Source of the DNA: Actinomycetes bacterium
GTDB taxonomy: Bacteria; Actinomycetota; Actinomycetes; JBOGEN01
Reading direction: 5' to 3'
Assembly: GCA_050743265.1 (NCBI GenBank)
Contig: JBOGEN010000069.1
Coordinates: 1,987 to 65,986 of the forward strand
DNA: 64,000 bases
Below are positions 8,251-17,243 of this stretch, piece after piece. A program made the position numbers and the translations under genes. Each line of letters begins with the position of its first letter. The stretch's first letter is position 1. The notes beneath the pieces were generated by a model that worked only from the letters and a program-made list of their open reading frames with translations, made no database searches and had not been told where the DNA came from.

Positions 8251-9519
8251 CTAGGCCGGTGGGGGCTGAGCCTCGCACCCCTGCAGGCGACCCTGCAGGA
8301 AGGCCCGCTCGGGCTCGTTCCCCACGAGGGCCAGGGCTCGGCGGTACGCGTCCACGGCGTCGTCCGTACGCCCGAGCCGCTCGAGCAGCCGGGCGCGGGA
8401 CGCGTGCAGCAGGTGGAAGCGGTCGAGCGCGCCCGAACCGTCCAGCTCGTCGAGCAGCACGAGCCCGGCCTCGGGTCCGTCCACCATGGCGACTGCCACG
8501 GCACGGTTGACGTCGACCACGGGCGACGGGGCGACGGTGCGCAGCACGTCGTACAGGCCGACGATCTGCGGCCAGTCGGTGGTCTCGAGCGTCGCCGCCT
8601 CGTCATGGACGGCGGCGATCGCGGCCTGCAGCGCGTACGGGCCTGGTGGCCCGCTCTGCAGCGCCTCCACGACGAGGGCCCGTCCCTCCTCGATCTTCGC
8701 GCGCTCCCAGCGGGAGCGGTCCTGCTCCTCGAGCAGCACGAGCCCGCCCCCCTCGTCGGTCCGCGAGGCACGCCGGGCGTCCACGAGCAGCATCAGCGCG
8801 AGCAGGCCGGTCACCTCCTGCTCCGCGGGCAGCAGGAGGCGCAGGATCCGGGCCAGGCGTGTCGCCTCGTCGGCGAGCTCGGGGCGCAGGAGAGCGGGGC
8901 CTTGGCTGGCCGCGTACGACTCGGTGAAGACGACGTACACAACGCGCAGCACCCCGGGGAGGCGGCTCGGCAGCTCCTCAGCCGACGGCACCCGGTACGG
9001 GATGCCGGCCTCACGGATCTTGCGCTTGGCACGAGAGAGGCGCTGCGCCATCGTCGCCTCGGGGACGAGGAACGCGCGGGCGACCTCGGCCGTGGACAGC
9101 CCGGCCAGGTAGCGCAGTGTCAGGGCGACGCGGGCCTCGGCCGTCAGGGCCGGGTGGCAGCAGGTGAAGAACAGCCGGAGCCGGTCGTCGCCGATCGCGT
9201 CCGGGTCGGAGGGTGCGACGGCGAGGCTCCCCTCCTCGTCGCGCTCCGCCTCCACCTTGAGCACGGCGAGCTTGGCCGCGTACGCCTGGCGGCGCCGGAG
9301 CAGGTCGACCGCGCGACGGCGGGCCGTCGTCAGCAGCCAGGCCGCCGGGCGGTCGGGCACGCCGTCGACGGGCCAGCGCTCGAGCGCCACCGCCATGGCG
9401 TCGGCGGCGACCTCCTCAGCGAGGTCGAGGTCGCCCAGCCAACGGACGAGCGTGGCGAGCAGCCGTCCCCACTCCTCGCGGAAGACCGCTTCGACGGAGT
9501 CGGCTGCTCGCTCGCTCAC
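8251..9519 (-). CDS. ECF-subfamily RNA polymerase sigma factor (SigJ-like, with C-terminal extension)
   Basis: Sigma-2 and sigma-4 regions are present ('EVARAFLVPEATMAQRLSRAKRKIRE'). A GTG start at 9519 sits just after the upstream YciI-family stop; the first ~48 residues of the ORF are S/T/P-rich and judged spurious. Confidence 0.8.
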   Translation of the reverse strand: MSERAADSVEAVFREEWGRLLATLVRWLGDLDLAEEVAADAMAVALERWPVDGVPDRPAAWLLTTARRRAVDLLRRRQAYAAKLAVLKVEAERDEEGSLAVAPSDPDAIGDDRLRLFFTCCHPALTAEARVALTLRYLAGLSTAEVARAFLVPEATMAQRLSRAKRKIREAGIPYRVPSAEELPSRLPGVLRVVYVVFTESYAASQGPALLRPELADEATRLARILRLLLPAEQEVTGLLALMLLVDARRASRTDEGGGLVLLEEQDRSRWERAKIEEGRALVVEALQSGPPGPYALQAAIAAVHDEAATLETTDWPQIVGLYDVLRTVAPSPVVDVNRAVAVAMVDGPEAGLVLLDELDGSGALDRFHLLHASRARLLERLGRTDDAVDAYRRALALVGNEPERAFLQGRLQGCEAQPPPA

Positions 9520-9526
9520 CCCGACA

Positions 9527-9883
9527 TCACCCTCGGGGGAAGTCCATGATCGGCCGGACCTCGAGCGACCCTCCGTACTGGGCCGCCGGGGTCCGTGCGG
9601 CCCAGTCCAGGGCGGTGTCGAGGTCTGGGGCGTCGAGGAGGTAGTACCCACCGAGGACCTCACGGGTCTCTGCGAACGGACCGTCGGTCACCACGCGCTC
9701 GCCGCCCTTGACCCGCACCGTCGTCGCAGTGGACGACGGTTGCAGGGGCTCGCCCTCCAGCGCGACACCGGCGTCACGGATCGTCTTGTCGTAGGTCATC
9801 CACGCCTGCCGGATGGCGTCCATCTCGGACTGCGGCGGCGGGCTCGTGGCTTCCTCGGCGTAGATCAGCATGAGGTAGCGCAT
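9527..9883 (-). CDS. YciI family protein
   Basis: 'MRYLMLIYAEE...VTDGPFAETREVLGGYYLLDAPDLDTALDWAAR' is typical of YciI; the classic actinobacterial YciI-ECF sigma pair. Confidence 0.85.
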   Translation of the reverse strand: MRYLMLIYAEEATSPPPQSEMDAIRQAWMTYDKTIRDAGVALEGEPLQPSSTATTVRVKGGERVVTDGPFAETREVLGGYYLLDAPDLDTALDWAARTPAAQYGGSLEVRPIMDFPRG

Positions 9884-10086
9884 CTCGTCTCCTCCTCGGG
9901 TCGGGGCGGCGGCCCTTCTGCCGCCTCATCATGACGACGAACGGGCTCAGCCGTCCTCGACAACGCCATCTGTCCCTGGGCTCAGCCTCGGGTTCAGGCC
10001 CCGCCTGCGTTCGCCCCGTGCGTCCGGCAAACCGGGCCGAACCGCTCCCCTGTACGGGCAGCGTCGTTCTGAGATCCTTCGGACGC

Positions 10087-11100
10087 ATGCGAGCCTTCGT
10101 CATCACCGCCCCCGGCCGGGCCGAGGTACGCGACGTCGCCCCACCCGATGCCCGACCGGGCGAGGTGGTCGTCGACGTGGAGCGGGCGGGGGTCTGCGGG
10201 ACCGACGTCGAGCTCTTCACCGGCGTCCTGTCCTACCTGCACACCGGACAGGCCGCGTACCCGCTGCGGATCGGTCACGAGTGGGTCGGGGTGGTCTCCG
10301 CCGTCGGAGACGAGGTCGACCCGTCGTGGGTCGGGCGACGGGTCACCGGGGACACCATGCTCGGCTGCGGGCGCTGCGCCCGGTGCGAGACCGGGCGGCA
10401 GCACCTGTGCGCCCGCCGCTACGAGATCGGCGTCCGCAACGGCTGGCCGGGTGCGCTGGCCGAGCAGCTACCGGTTCCGGCTCGCGCGCTGCACCCGCTG
10501 CCGGACGCGGTCGGGCCCGATCTCGGCGCCCTCGTGGAGCCCGGCGGCAACGCCCTGCGCGCCGTCCGCGGCGCCGCCCTCGCGCCCGGGGAGCGGCTGC
10601 TCGTGCTGGGGCCGGGCACGATCGGGCTGCTGGTCGCGCAGATCGCGGCCACGCAGGATGTCGAGGTGCACCTCATGGGGCGCACTGGCGACTCCCCCGC
10701 CTTCGCCCGGTCCCTGGGGTTCGAACGCGTCTGGACGCAGGAGACGCTTCCCGACCTCCCGTTCGACGCCGTCGTCGACGCGTCCAACGCGGCAACCCTG
10801 CCGGCCCTCGCGGTAGACGTCGTCGAGCCGGGCGGGCGCGTCGTCTTCATCGGGCTCGCGGGGGAGCCCAGCCTCGTCGACACCCGCGCGATCGCGCTGG
10901 CGGACGTCACCGCCGTCGGCGTGCTCAGCGCCTCCGGAGGCCTCGACGGGATCATCGAGCAGTACGCGTCGGGCACCGTCGACCCGCGACCACTCGTCGC
11001 CGCGACCGTCAGCCTGGACGACGTCGCCGACGTCCTCGCCGGCACGCGCCGGCCCGCGTGGGGTGACGCCCCCAAGATCCACGTGGACCCCAGGCGCTGA
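10087..11100 (+). CDS. Zinc-dependent alcohol dehydrogenase (MDR family)
   Basis: 'GVCGTDVELF', 'GHEWVGVV' and 'CGRCARCETGRQHLC' mark the catalytic and structural Zn sites; the start is set at the internal ATG ('MRAFVITAPG'). Confidence 0.85.
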   Translation: MRAFVITAPGRAEVRDVAPPDARPGEVVVDVERAGVCGTDVELFTGVLSYLHTGQAAYPLRIGHEWVGVVSAVGDEVDPSWVGRRVTGDTMLGCGRCARCETGRQHLCARRYEIGVRNGWPGALAEQLPVPARALHPLPDAVGPDLGALVEPGGNALRAVRGAALAPGERLLVLGPGTIGLLVAQIAATQDVEVHLMGRTGDSPAFARSLGFERVWTQETLPDLPFDAVVDASNAATLPALAVDVVEPGGRVVFIGLAGEPSLVDTRAIALADVTAVGVLSASGGLDGIIEQYASGTVDPRPLVAATVSLDDVADVLAGTRRPAWGDAPKIHVDPRR

Positions 11101-11116
11101 CCCGCGGAACCGCGGG
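11101..11116. terminator. Bidirectional hairpin terminator (cccgcgg-aa-ccgcggg)
   Basis: A perfect 7-bp GC stem lies between the convergent ADH and CGNR genes. Confidence 0.4.
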
Positions 11117-11148
11117 TCGACTCACGACCTCGGCACGCCGCCGCCCCG

Positions 11149-11718
11149 TCACGCGTGGGCGGCCTTGCGTCGGCGGTACTCGCGGGTCTTGACCCGGTTG
11201 CCGCACGAGTCGGGCGCGCAGTAGCGCCCCCGTCCCGGCTTGGACTTGTCGTAGAAGACCCAGTGGCAGTCGTCCGCGGCGCAGACCCGCAGGCGCCACC
11301 ACTCGCCGGTGAGAGACATCCGGAGCGCGGCCGCGCAGATCGCGCCGATCGCGTGGTCCACGCCCGTCCCCGGAACGGTCAGGCGAGGCCCCCCGGGGGC
11401 GGCGAGGTCCACCCGTAGCGGGACGCCGTCCAGCGGCCGGCTCGCCGAAGCCTGGCCGGGCCGCCCCCGGTCAAGCGCCGACCGCAGGGCCGCCCGTAGC
11501 GCGGCTACACGGGCGTGATCCGCCTCGTCCAGCCGTACACCCTCGGGCAGGAGCCCCCGCGACGAGAGCCAGCGCCGCAGCGCCTCCGGCGAGGCGATCT
11601 CGTCCGCGGTCCCGTCCCGCGCCGGGTGGTTGCGCGGGATGAAGGTGCGCAGGTCACGGGTGTTCGCGAAGTCCTCCACGAGCACCGCGTCCGGCGAGGC
11701 TTCGACCGGCATCCGCAC
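11149..11718 (-). CDS. ABATE/CGNR zinc-finger domain protein
   Basis: The C-terminus 'CAADDCHWVFYDKSKPGRGRYCAPDSCGNRVKTREYRRRK' is the CGNR motif. Confidence 0.8.
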   Translation of the reverse strand: MRMPVEASPDAVLVEDFANTRDLRTFIPRNHPARDGTADEIASPEALRRWLSSRGLLPEGVRLDEADHARVAALRAALRSALDRGRPGQASASRPLDGVPLRVDLAAPGGPRLTVPGTGVDHAIGAICAAALRMSLTGEWWRLRVCAADDCHWVFYDKSKPGRGRYCAPDSCGNRVKTREYRRRKAAHA

Positions 11719-11753
11719 CTCCTGGGGTCACGACTCTTCCAAAGAAGATAACA

Positions 11754-11787
11754 GGTGTTGACTCTGAACACCTACTAACGCTATAAC
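11754..11787 (+). promoter_or_regulatory. Strong sigma-70-like promoter (TTGACT, 18-nt spacer, TATAAC) overlapped by a 7-bp inverted repeat AGGTGTT-N6-AACACCT
   Basis: This lies in an AT-rich intergenic island between the divergent CGNR gene and the small ORF; the palindrome overlaps the -35. Confidence 0.5.
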
Positions 11788-11830
11788 TAGTGTTCGACAG
11801 CAGAGGCCGAGCACTGAGAAGGAGAGCGCG

Positions 11831-12067
11831 ATGCTTCCCATCGCCGCGGAGATCGCCACCCGGATGACGCGCGAGCACGCGGGATCCGCCCTGCCGGGCG
11901 CGCCCACCCTGGACGACACCCCCGAGGCCCTGACGGGTCGCGAGGTGCGCCGGCCGCGCCGGACGCTGGCGTCGGTCCTGCGCGGGGTCGCTGCCACGTC
12001 GAGCCGGGTCGCGGCGACGTCCGGCCGCCTCGCTGACCGTATGGAGCGTCCCGCCGCCGCTGAGTGA
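11831..12067 (+). CDS. Small hypothetical protein (78 aa)
   Basis: AGGAGA RBS 5-6 nt upstream of the ATG, directly downstream of the promoter above; the protein is not recognisable. Confidence 0.4.
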   Translation: MLPIAAEIATRMTREHAGSALPGAPTLDDTPEALTGREVRRPRRTLASVLRGVAATSSRVAATSGRLADRMERPAAAE

Positions 12068-12176
12068 GGTCCCGTCGTCCGAGCCGCCGGTGACGTGGAA
12101 GATCGTCGCCGCCCGCGGTGTTGGGGAGCCCTGCAGGCGCGACCGCCCGGTCTCGCTTCTGGGCTGAGGGGGAGTC

Positions 12177-12992
12177 ATGGGCAGCGTCATCGTCGACGGT
12201 GTCGACCTCGCGTACGACGAGACGGGCGCGGGCGAACCGCTGGTTCTCGTGCACGGACACCCGTTCGACAGGTCGATGTGGGCACCGCAGGTCGCGCACA
12301 GGACGCGGCTCGGCTGGCGGGTCGTGACGCCGGACCTGCGCGGCTACGGCGCGAGCACCCCGCCATCGGGCACCACCACGTGGGACGCGTACGCCCGGGA
12401 CGTCGCTGCGCTGCTCGACCACCTCGGGATCGACCGGGCAGTCCTCGCGGGCCTGTCGATGGGCGGACAGATCGCGATGGAGTTCCACCGGCTCTTCCCC
12501 GAGCGGCTGCGCGGGCTCGTGCTCGCCGACACGTCACCGGTAGCCGAGACCCAGGCGGGACGGCGGCAGCGGCACGAGGTCGCTGACCGGCTGCTCCGTG
12601 AGGGCATGGACGCGGTGTCCGACGAGCTGCTGCCGATGATGGTGTCCGCGCGCACCCTCGACGAGCAGCCCGACGTCGCGGACCACGTGCTGCGCATGAT
12701 GAAGGCCACTGCCCCTGATGGGGCTGCCGCGGCGCTGCGTGCCCGTGCCGCGCGTCCGGACTACGTCGCGATGCTGGCCCACGTCAGCGTGCCGACGCTG
12801 GTGGTCGTGGGCCGGGAGGACGCGTACACGCCGGTGGACACCGCACGGGCGATGGCCGCGCGCATCCCCGGCGCGACGCTATCGGTCGTCGAAGGTGCGG
12901 GACACCTACCGACCCTGGAGCAGCCGGACGCGTTCAACGCGGCCCTGCAAGCCCTGCTCGCGGCCGTCCAGGTCGAGTCCGCGTCGCACTGA
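12177..12992 (+). CDS. Alpha/beta hydrolase fold protein
   Basis: 'LVLVHGHPFDRSMW' and the nucleophile elbow 'GLSMGG' are present, with a C-terminal His ('GAGHLP'). Confidence 0.85.
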   Translation: MGSVIVDGVDLAYDETGAGEPLVLVHGHPFDRSMWAPQVAHRTRLGWRVVTPDLRGYGASTPPSGTTTWDAYARDVAALLDHLGIDRAVLAGLSMGGQIAMEFHRLFPERLRGLVLADTSPVAETQAGRRQRHEVADRLLREGMDAVSDELLPMMVSARTLDEQPDVADHVLRMMKATAPDGAAAALRARAARPDYVAMLAHVSVPTLVVVGREDAYTPVDTARAMAARIPGATLSVVEGAGHLPTLEQPDAFNAALQALLAAVQVESASH

Positions 12993-12996
12993 GCAA

Positions 12997-13016
12997 CGGC
13001 GACGTCCTCGTCGCCG
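12997..13016. terminator. Hairpin terminator (cggcgacg-tcct-cgtcgccg) between convergent genes
   Basis: Perfect 8-bp stem. Confidence 0.35.
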
Positions 13017-13052
13017 GCAGCGCCACAGACGCTGGTCGACGGGCGCGAGGTG

Positions 13053-13493
13053 TCAGCCGATCAGAGGGGTCCCGCCCAGGCTCCACGTCTTGCCGCCCTC
13101 GCCGTCGGCGTCGTAGTCGTACGCGACGTAGCCGTCCCCGCTCCAGTACCCCGTGCCCGACGCGGTCGTCGTGGCACCCGGGCAGTAGCCCATGCCGGTC
13201 GAGCTCGCGTTGATCTCGCTGGTGTAGTCGCAGGACACCGCGTCCTTGGTGACGTCGTACCGCTCGACCCGGACGTGCACGTCGAAGTTGTCGAACTTGC
13301 GGGCGCCCCCACCGTCCTCCCACTGGATCCGTGCGTACGCGTTGTGGCTGGACCCGCTTTTGAACACGCACAACTTGATGTACGCATCGGTATCGTACCC
13401 GGACGTCGAGAACTCCCTGTGCTGCCAACCGGTGCAGACGTCGGCAACCGGAGTAGCCGCCCAATCCCGCCCTCCCGGACCGCAGCCGGGCAA
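13053..13493 (-). CDS. Hypothetical protein, Tyr/Asp/Gly/Ser/Thr-rich with 4 Cys; start uncertain
   Basis: '...YIKLCVFKSGSSHNAYARIQWEDGGGARKFDNFDVHVRVERYDVTKDAVSCDYTSEINASSTGMGYCPG...YDYDADGEGGKTWSLGGTPLIG' has genome-typical high GC3. The full ORF (to 13649) would overlap the divergent LLM gene by ~100 nt, so an internal TTG at 13493 was chosen. Confidence 0.35.
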   Translation of the reverse strand: MPGCGPGGRDWAATPVADVCTGWQHREFSTSGYDTDAYIKLCVFKSGSSHNAYARIQWEDGGGARKFDNFDVHVRVERYDVTKDAVSCDYTSEINASSTGMGYCPGATTTASGTGYWSGDGYVAYDYDADGEGGKTWSLGGTPLIG

Positions 13494-13545
13494 CGTCGGA
13501 CAATGTCTGTGGTGGTGCTGCCGAACTCCTGCGTAGCCTGACGCC

Positions 13546-14415
13546 GTGCGAATCGGCGTGAACGTCCCGAACTTCGGGCCCGGCACGGACCCGGGTGCGT
13601 TGCTTCGCTGGGCACAGACGGTGGAGGGGCTGGGCTTCGACCTGCTCATGCTCTCCGACCATGTGGCGGTGACGCCCGACGTCGCCGAGCAGTACCCGGC
13701 TCCGTTCTACGAGCCCTTCACCACGCTCGCCTGGCTGGCCGGGGTCACCACCCGGGTACGCCTCGGGACCACGGTGCTCATCGTCCCGTACCGGCACCCG
13801 CTGCTCATCGCGCGCATGGCAGCGAACCTCGACCAGCTGAGCGGCGGACGCCTGGTGCTGGGCGTCGGCGTCGGCTGGGCACGACAGGAGTTCGACGCGC
13901 TCGGCGTCCCCTTCCACGAGCGGGGGCGGTTGACCGACGACCACCTGCGCGCGGTGCGTACCGCGTGGGACGACCGCGACGACTACCGCAGCGGGCAGAT
14001 CCCGATCTGGGTCGGCGGCAACAGTGACGCCGGCCTCCGCCGGGCGGTCCGGCTCGGCGACGCCTGGCACCCACTGCGGTTCACGCTCCCGTGGCTGCGG
14101 GAGGCGCTGGGCCGCCTCAAGGCCGCGGCGGACGAGCAGCAGCGGCCGGTCCCCGCGCTGGCCCCGCGCATCGTCCTGCGGCTGACCGCCTCGCCTGTCA
14201 CCGATCCCCAGCGGCTCGCCGGCGAAGGCACGATAGACCAGGTCGTCGACGACCTCGACCAGATGCGGCTCCTCGGCGCCGACACGGTCGTCCTCGACCC
14301 GTTCAACGGAGACCCCGACGAGACGTCCCACCCGGAGGCGGCGTGGCACGCGCTCGCCGCCGTGGCCGCTCGGCGGGACCCAGGCGCACCACCGACAGGC
14401 AGGGAGCAGGCGTGA
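13546..14415 (+). CDS. LLM-class F420-dependent oxidoreductase
   Basis: 'MRIGVNVPNFGPG' with 'LSDHV' and TIM-barrel luciferase-like motifs. Confidence 0.85.
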   Translation: MRIGVNVPNFGPGTDPGALLRWAQTVEGLGFDLLMLSDHVAVTPDVAEQYPAPFYEPFTTLAWLAGVTTRVRLGTTVLIVPYRHPLLIARMAANLDQLSGGRLVLGVGVGWARQEFDALGVPFHERGRLTDDHLRAVRTAWDDRDDYRSGQIPIWVGGNSDAGLRRAVRLGDAWHPLRFTLPWLREALGRLKAAADEQQRPVPALAPRIVLRLTASPVTDPQRLAGEGTIDQVVDDLDQMRLLGADTVVLDPFNGDPDETSHPEAAWHALAAVAARRDPGAPPTGREQA

Positions 14416-14834
14416 AGTCCGACGACGAGCACCTCCGCAGGGCGATCGAGCTGGCCGGCACAGCGCGGGCGGCGGGTAACCCCCCGTTCGGGTCGCTGCT
14501 CGTGGGCGGGGACGGGGTCGTCCTCGCCGAGGACCGCAACACGACCGTCACCGACGCCGACATCACGGCGCACCCCGAGCTGAAGCTGGCCCGGTGGGCA
14601 GCCCGCGAGCTCGACGCCGGCACCGCAGCCGCGACCACCATGTACACGAGCTGCCAGCCCTGCCCCATGTGTGCGGGGGCCATCGGGCGGTCCGGGCTCG
14701 GTCGGGTCGTGTACGCGCTGTCCCAGGAGCAGCTCGACGAGCTCAGGCCGAGTCCCCCTTTCGCCCCCGTACGACACGAAGGCCCGGCTCTTCTCGACGA
14801 GGCTCGGGTCCCGGTTGCCGGCTACTACCACTAG
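14412..14834 (+). CDS. Nucleoside/nucleotide deaminase (CDA/TadA-like zinc deaminase)
   Basis: The GTG start forms GTGA with the LLM stop and has an AGGGAG RBS; 'HPELKLARWAA' and 'CQPCPMCAGAI' are the zinc-binding motifs. Confidence 0.8.
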   Translation: MKSDDEHLRRAIELAGTARAAGNPPFGSLLVGGDGVVLAEDRNTTVTDADITAHPELKLARWAARELDAGTAAATTMYTSCQPCPMCAGAIGRSGLGRVVYALSQEQLDELRPSPPFAPVRHEGPALLDEARVPVAGYYH

Positions 14835-14851
14835 GCCCGCTGGCCACCTGA

Positions 14852-14871
14852 CGCCAGCGCGCCGGCTGGCG
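14852..14871 (+). terminator. Hairpin (cgccagc-gcgccg-gctggcg) followed by GTTTCGG
   Basis: Lies 18 nt after the deaminase stop. Confidence 0.35.
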
Positions 14872-14927
14872 CCCGCGTTTCGGATGGCCTGCTTCAGACC
14901 GACACCCGGCATGCCGACACGTGGGGC

Positions 14928-17069
14928 ATGGACCTGGTCTCTCGAGTCGCGACATCGACGGTCGGCCTGCTGGCCGCTGTCGTGCTCGCGTACCCGCTCC
15001 TCCCCCTGCCCGCCGGAGCGCAGACGTGGCTGTACAACGGGCTGGCCGTCTCGGCGCTCGCGCTGGGCTTCGCCGGGGTGGTCCGCCACCGACCGGTTCG
15101 GCGCTCCGGCTGGTTCCTGATCCTCACCGGCTTCACCGGGTGGGTGCTCGGCGACGTCGTGTACTCGCTGGAGCAGACCGTATGGCACCTGCAGACCTAC
15201 CCGGCACCCTCGGACGCCTTCTTCCTTGGGTCGTACGCGTTCCTCGGGGCCGGAGCCCTGCTGATGGTGCGCACCCGTCGGGCCGGCCGGGACATTACGG
15301 CATTCCTGGACGCGGCGATCATCGCGGTCGGCACGGGTGTAGTGGCGGCGGTGTTCGTGGTCGCACCTCTCGCGTCGGACTCCGGCCTGACGCTGGCAGG
15401 AAAGCTGGTCAGCTCCGCGTACCCCCTCGGTGACCTGCTGCTGCTCGGCATCCTCGTCCGCCTGTGGGCAACTCCGGGGGCTCGGACGTCCGCGTTCCGC
15501 CTGCTCACCGCCGCGCTCGCGTTCACGCTCGCCGCCGACGCGGTGTGGAACTTCACGATCGTCACCACGGGTCAGTTCACCGCCTGGACGTGGAACGAGG
15601 CGCTGTGGCTGGCCAGCTACGTGGCGGTCTGCGCCTCCGCGTGGGTCCCGTCCATGCGGACTCTGGCCGAGCCCGCCCCCGACCGCGAGGAGAATGCGCC
15701 GACGCGCCGCCGCCTCGCCGCCCTGGCCTGCGGGCTGACGCTGCCCGGTGTCGCCCTGCTGCTCGACGGTGCCGCTGACGGGGAGGTCTCCTGGCAGATC
15801 ACCGGCATCGGGTCGCTGCTGCTCTGCCTGCTCGTGCTGATCCGCATGGCCGGCCTGCTGCACATCGTGCAGGCCCAGGCGGTCCGCCTCGCCGGGCTCG
15901 CCCGCGCGGATGCGCTCACCGGCGCGCCGAACCGCCGGACGTGGGACCACGAGCTGTCCCGGGCCTGCCAGGTGGCGCACGACACCGACCAGCCGCTCAG
16001 CGTCGCCATGCTCGACCTCGACCACTTCAAGGCGTACAACGACGCCCACGGCCACCAGGCGGGTGACCTGCTGCTCCGCGAGGCCGTGGCGGTCTGGACC
16101 GACCAGCTCGGCCCCGCCGGCTTCCTCGCCCGCTACGGCGGGGAGGAGTTCGCGCTGCTCCTGCCCGGCCTCACCTCCGAGCAGGCCAGGACGCGCATGG
16201 ACGCCCTGCGCTCCCTGACCCCGCGGCAGCAGACGTTCTCCGCCGGCGTCGCCACGTGGGACCCGACAACCGAGCCGGGCACAGCGGTAGCGGAGGCCGA
16301 CCAGGCGCTGTACGAGGCCAAGCGCGCCGGCCGCAACCGCGTCGCGCTCGCCCGCCCGGGCCGCGCGGGGTCGGTCGTGCCCGTTCCCCGGATCGCCCTG
16401 CAGCCCATCGTCGACCTCGACACCGGCGAGGTCCTGGCCGTCGAGGCGCTCAGCCGCTTCGACCACGGCAGCCCCGTCGAGGTGTTCGCGCAGGCGTACC
16501 GCGAGGGCAGCGGCGCCGCACTCGAAGCCGCGGCCGTCCGCGCCGCACTGGCCCACCGCAGCGACCACCGCCTGCTCTGCATCAACGTCAGCCTGCCGGC
16601 GTTGATCACGCCGGAGGTCCAGGACGCCCTGCCCTACGATCTATCCAGGGTCGTGCTCGAGATCACCGAAGGCACCGCGATCGACGGCACGCAGGCGCTC
16701 TCCGACCTCCTCGCCGAGCTGCGTGGGCGCGGGGCTCATCTCGCGATCGACGACTGGGGCCAGGGTTTCTCCAACCTCGACCGCATCCTCAGCATCCAGC
16801 CCGAGACCATCAAGATCGACATGTCGATCACCCAGAACCTCCACACCGCGTACCACCGCGCTGCCATCCGGGCCATCGCCGCCTGGGCAGACGAGGTCGG
16901 CGCCACGATCTGCGCCGAGGGCATCGAGACCGTCGCCCAGCGGGACGCCCTCCGGGCCCTCGGCATCCGACTCGGCCAGGGCTACCTCCTCGGCCGGCCG
17001 GAGATCCCGGCGACGCCCGAGACCCGCACGCAGGGCCAGCTGGCCTCTCCCATGACGCGCAGGAGCTAG
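14928..17069 (+). CDS. Membrane sensor diguanylate cyclase/phosphodiesterase (GGDEF-EAL)
   Basis: About 8 N-terminal transmembrane helices; the GGDEF domain contains 'RYGGEEFALL' and the EAL domain contains 'EALSRF...DDWGQGFSNL'. Confidence 0.9.
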   Translation: MDLVSRVATSTVGLLAAVVLAYPLLPLPAGAQTWLYNGLAVSALALGFAGVVRHRPVRRSGWFLILTGFTGWVLGDVVYSLEQTVWHLQTYPAPSDAFFLGSYAFLGAGALLMVRTRRAGRDITAFLDAAIIAVGTGVVAAVFVVAPLASDSGLTLAGKLVSSAYPLGDLLLLGILVRLWATPGARTSAFRLLTAALAFTLAADAVWNFTIVTTGQFTAWTWNEALWLASYVAVCASAWVPSMRTLAEPAPDREENAPTRRRLAALACGLTLPGVALLLDGAADGEVSWQITGIGSLLLCLLVLIRMAGLLHIVQAQAVRLAGLARADALTGAPNRRTWDHELSRACQVAHDTDQPLSVAMLDLDHFKAYNDAHGHQAGDLLLREAVAVWTDQLGPAGFLARYGGEEFALLLPGLTSEQARTRMDALRSLTPRQQTFSAGVATWDPTTEPGTAVAEADQALYEAKRAGRNRVALARPGRAGSVVPVPRIALQPIVDLDTGEVLAVEALSRFDHGSPVEVFAQAYREGSGAALEAAAVRAALAHRSDHRLLCINVSLPALITPEVQDALPYDLSRVVLEITEGTAIDGTQALSDLLAELRGRGAHLAIDDWGQGFSNLDRILSIQPETIKIDMSITQNLHTAYHRAAIRAIAAWADEVGATICAEGIETVAQRDALRALGIRLGQGYLLGRPEIPATPETRTQGQLASPMTRRS

Positions 17070-17243
17070 CTAGGGCGGGCCCGTTCCCGGGTCCATCTGG
17101 GTGCACCTGCCCCCCACCGCTCACCCTCACGAGGCCTCCTGTCGATAGGGCAGGTCAGCGAGCCGCCGACCACCCAGATGCCGGGCGGCACGCCAGAGCC
17201 GAGGCTCTCGCCGCGGCCCGGAAACCCGGACTCGAGGAGACCA

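Noticed and set aside
13983-16568. 861-aa minus-strand ORF
   Set aside because: It is antisense to the membrane GGDEF-EAL gene, its composition is R/G/A/P-dominated, and it has no recognisable motifs.
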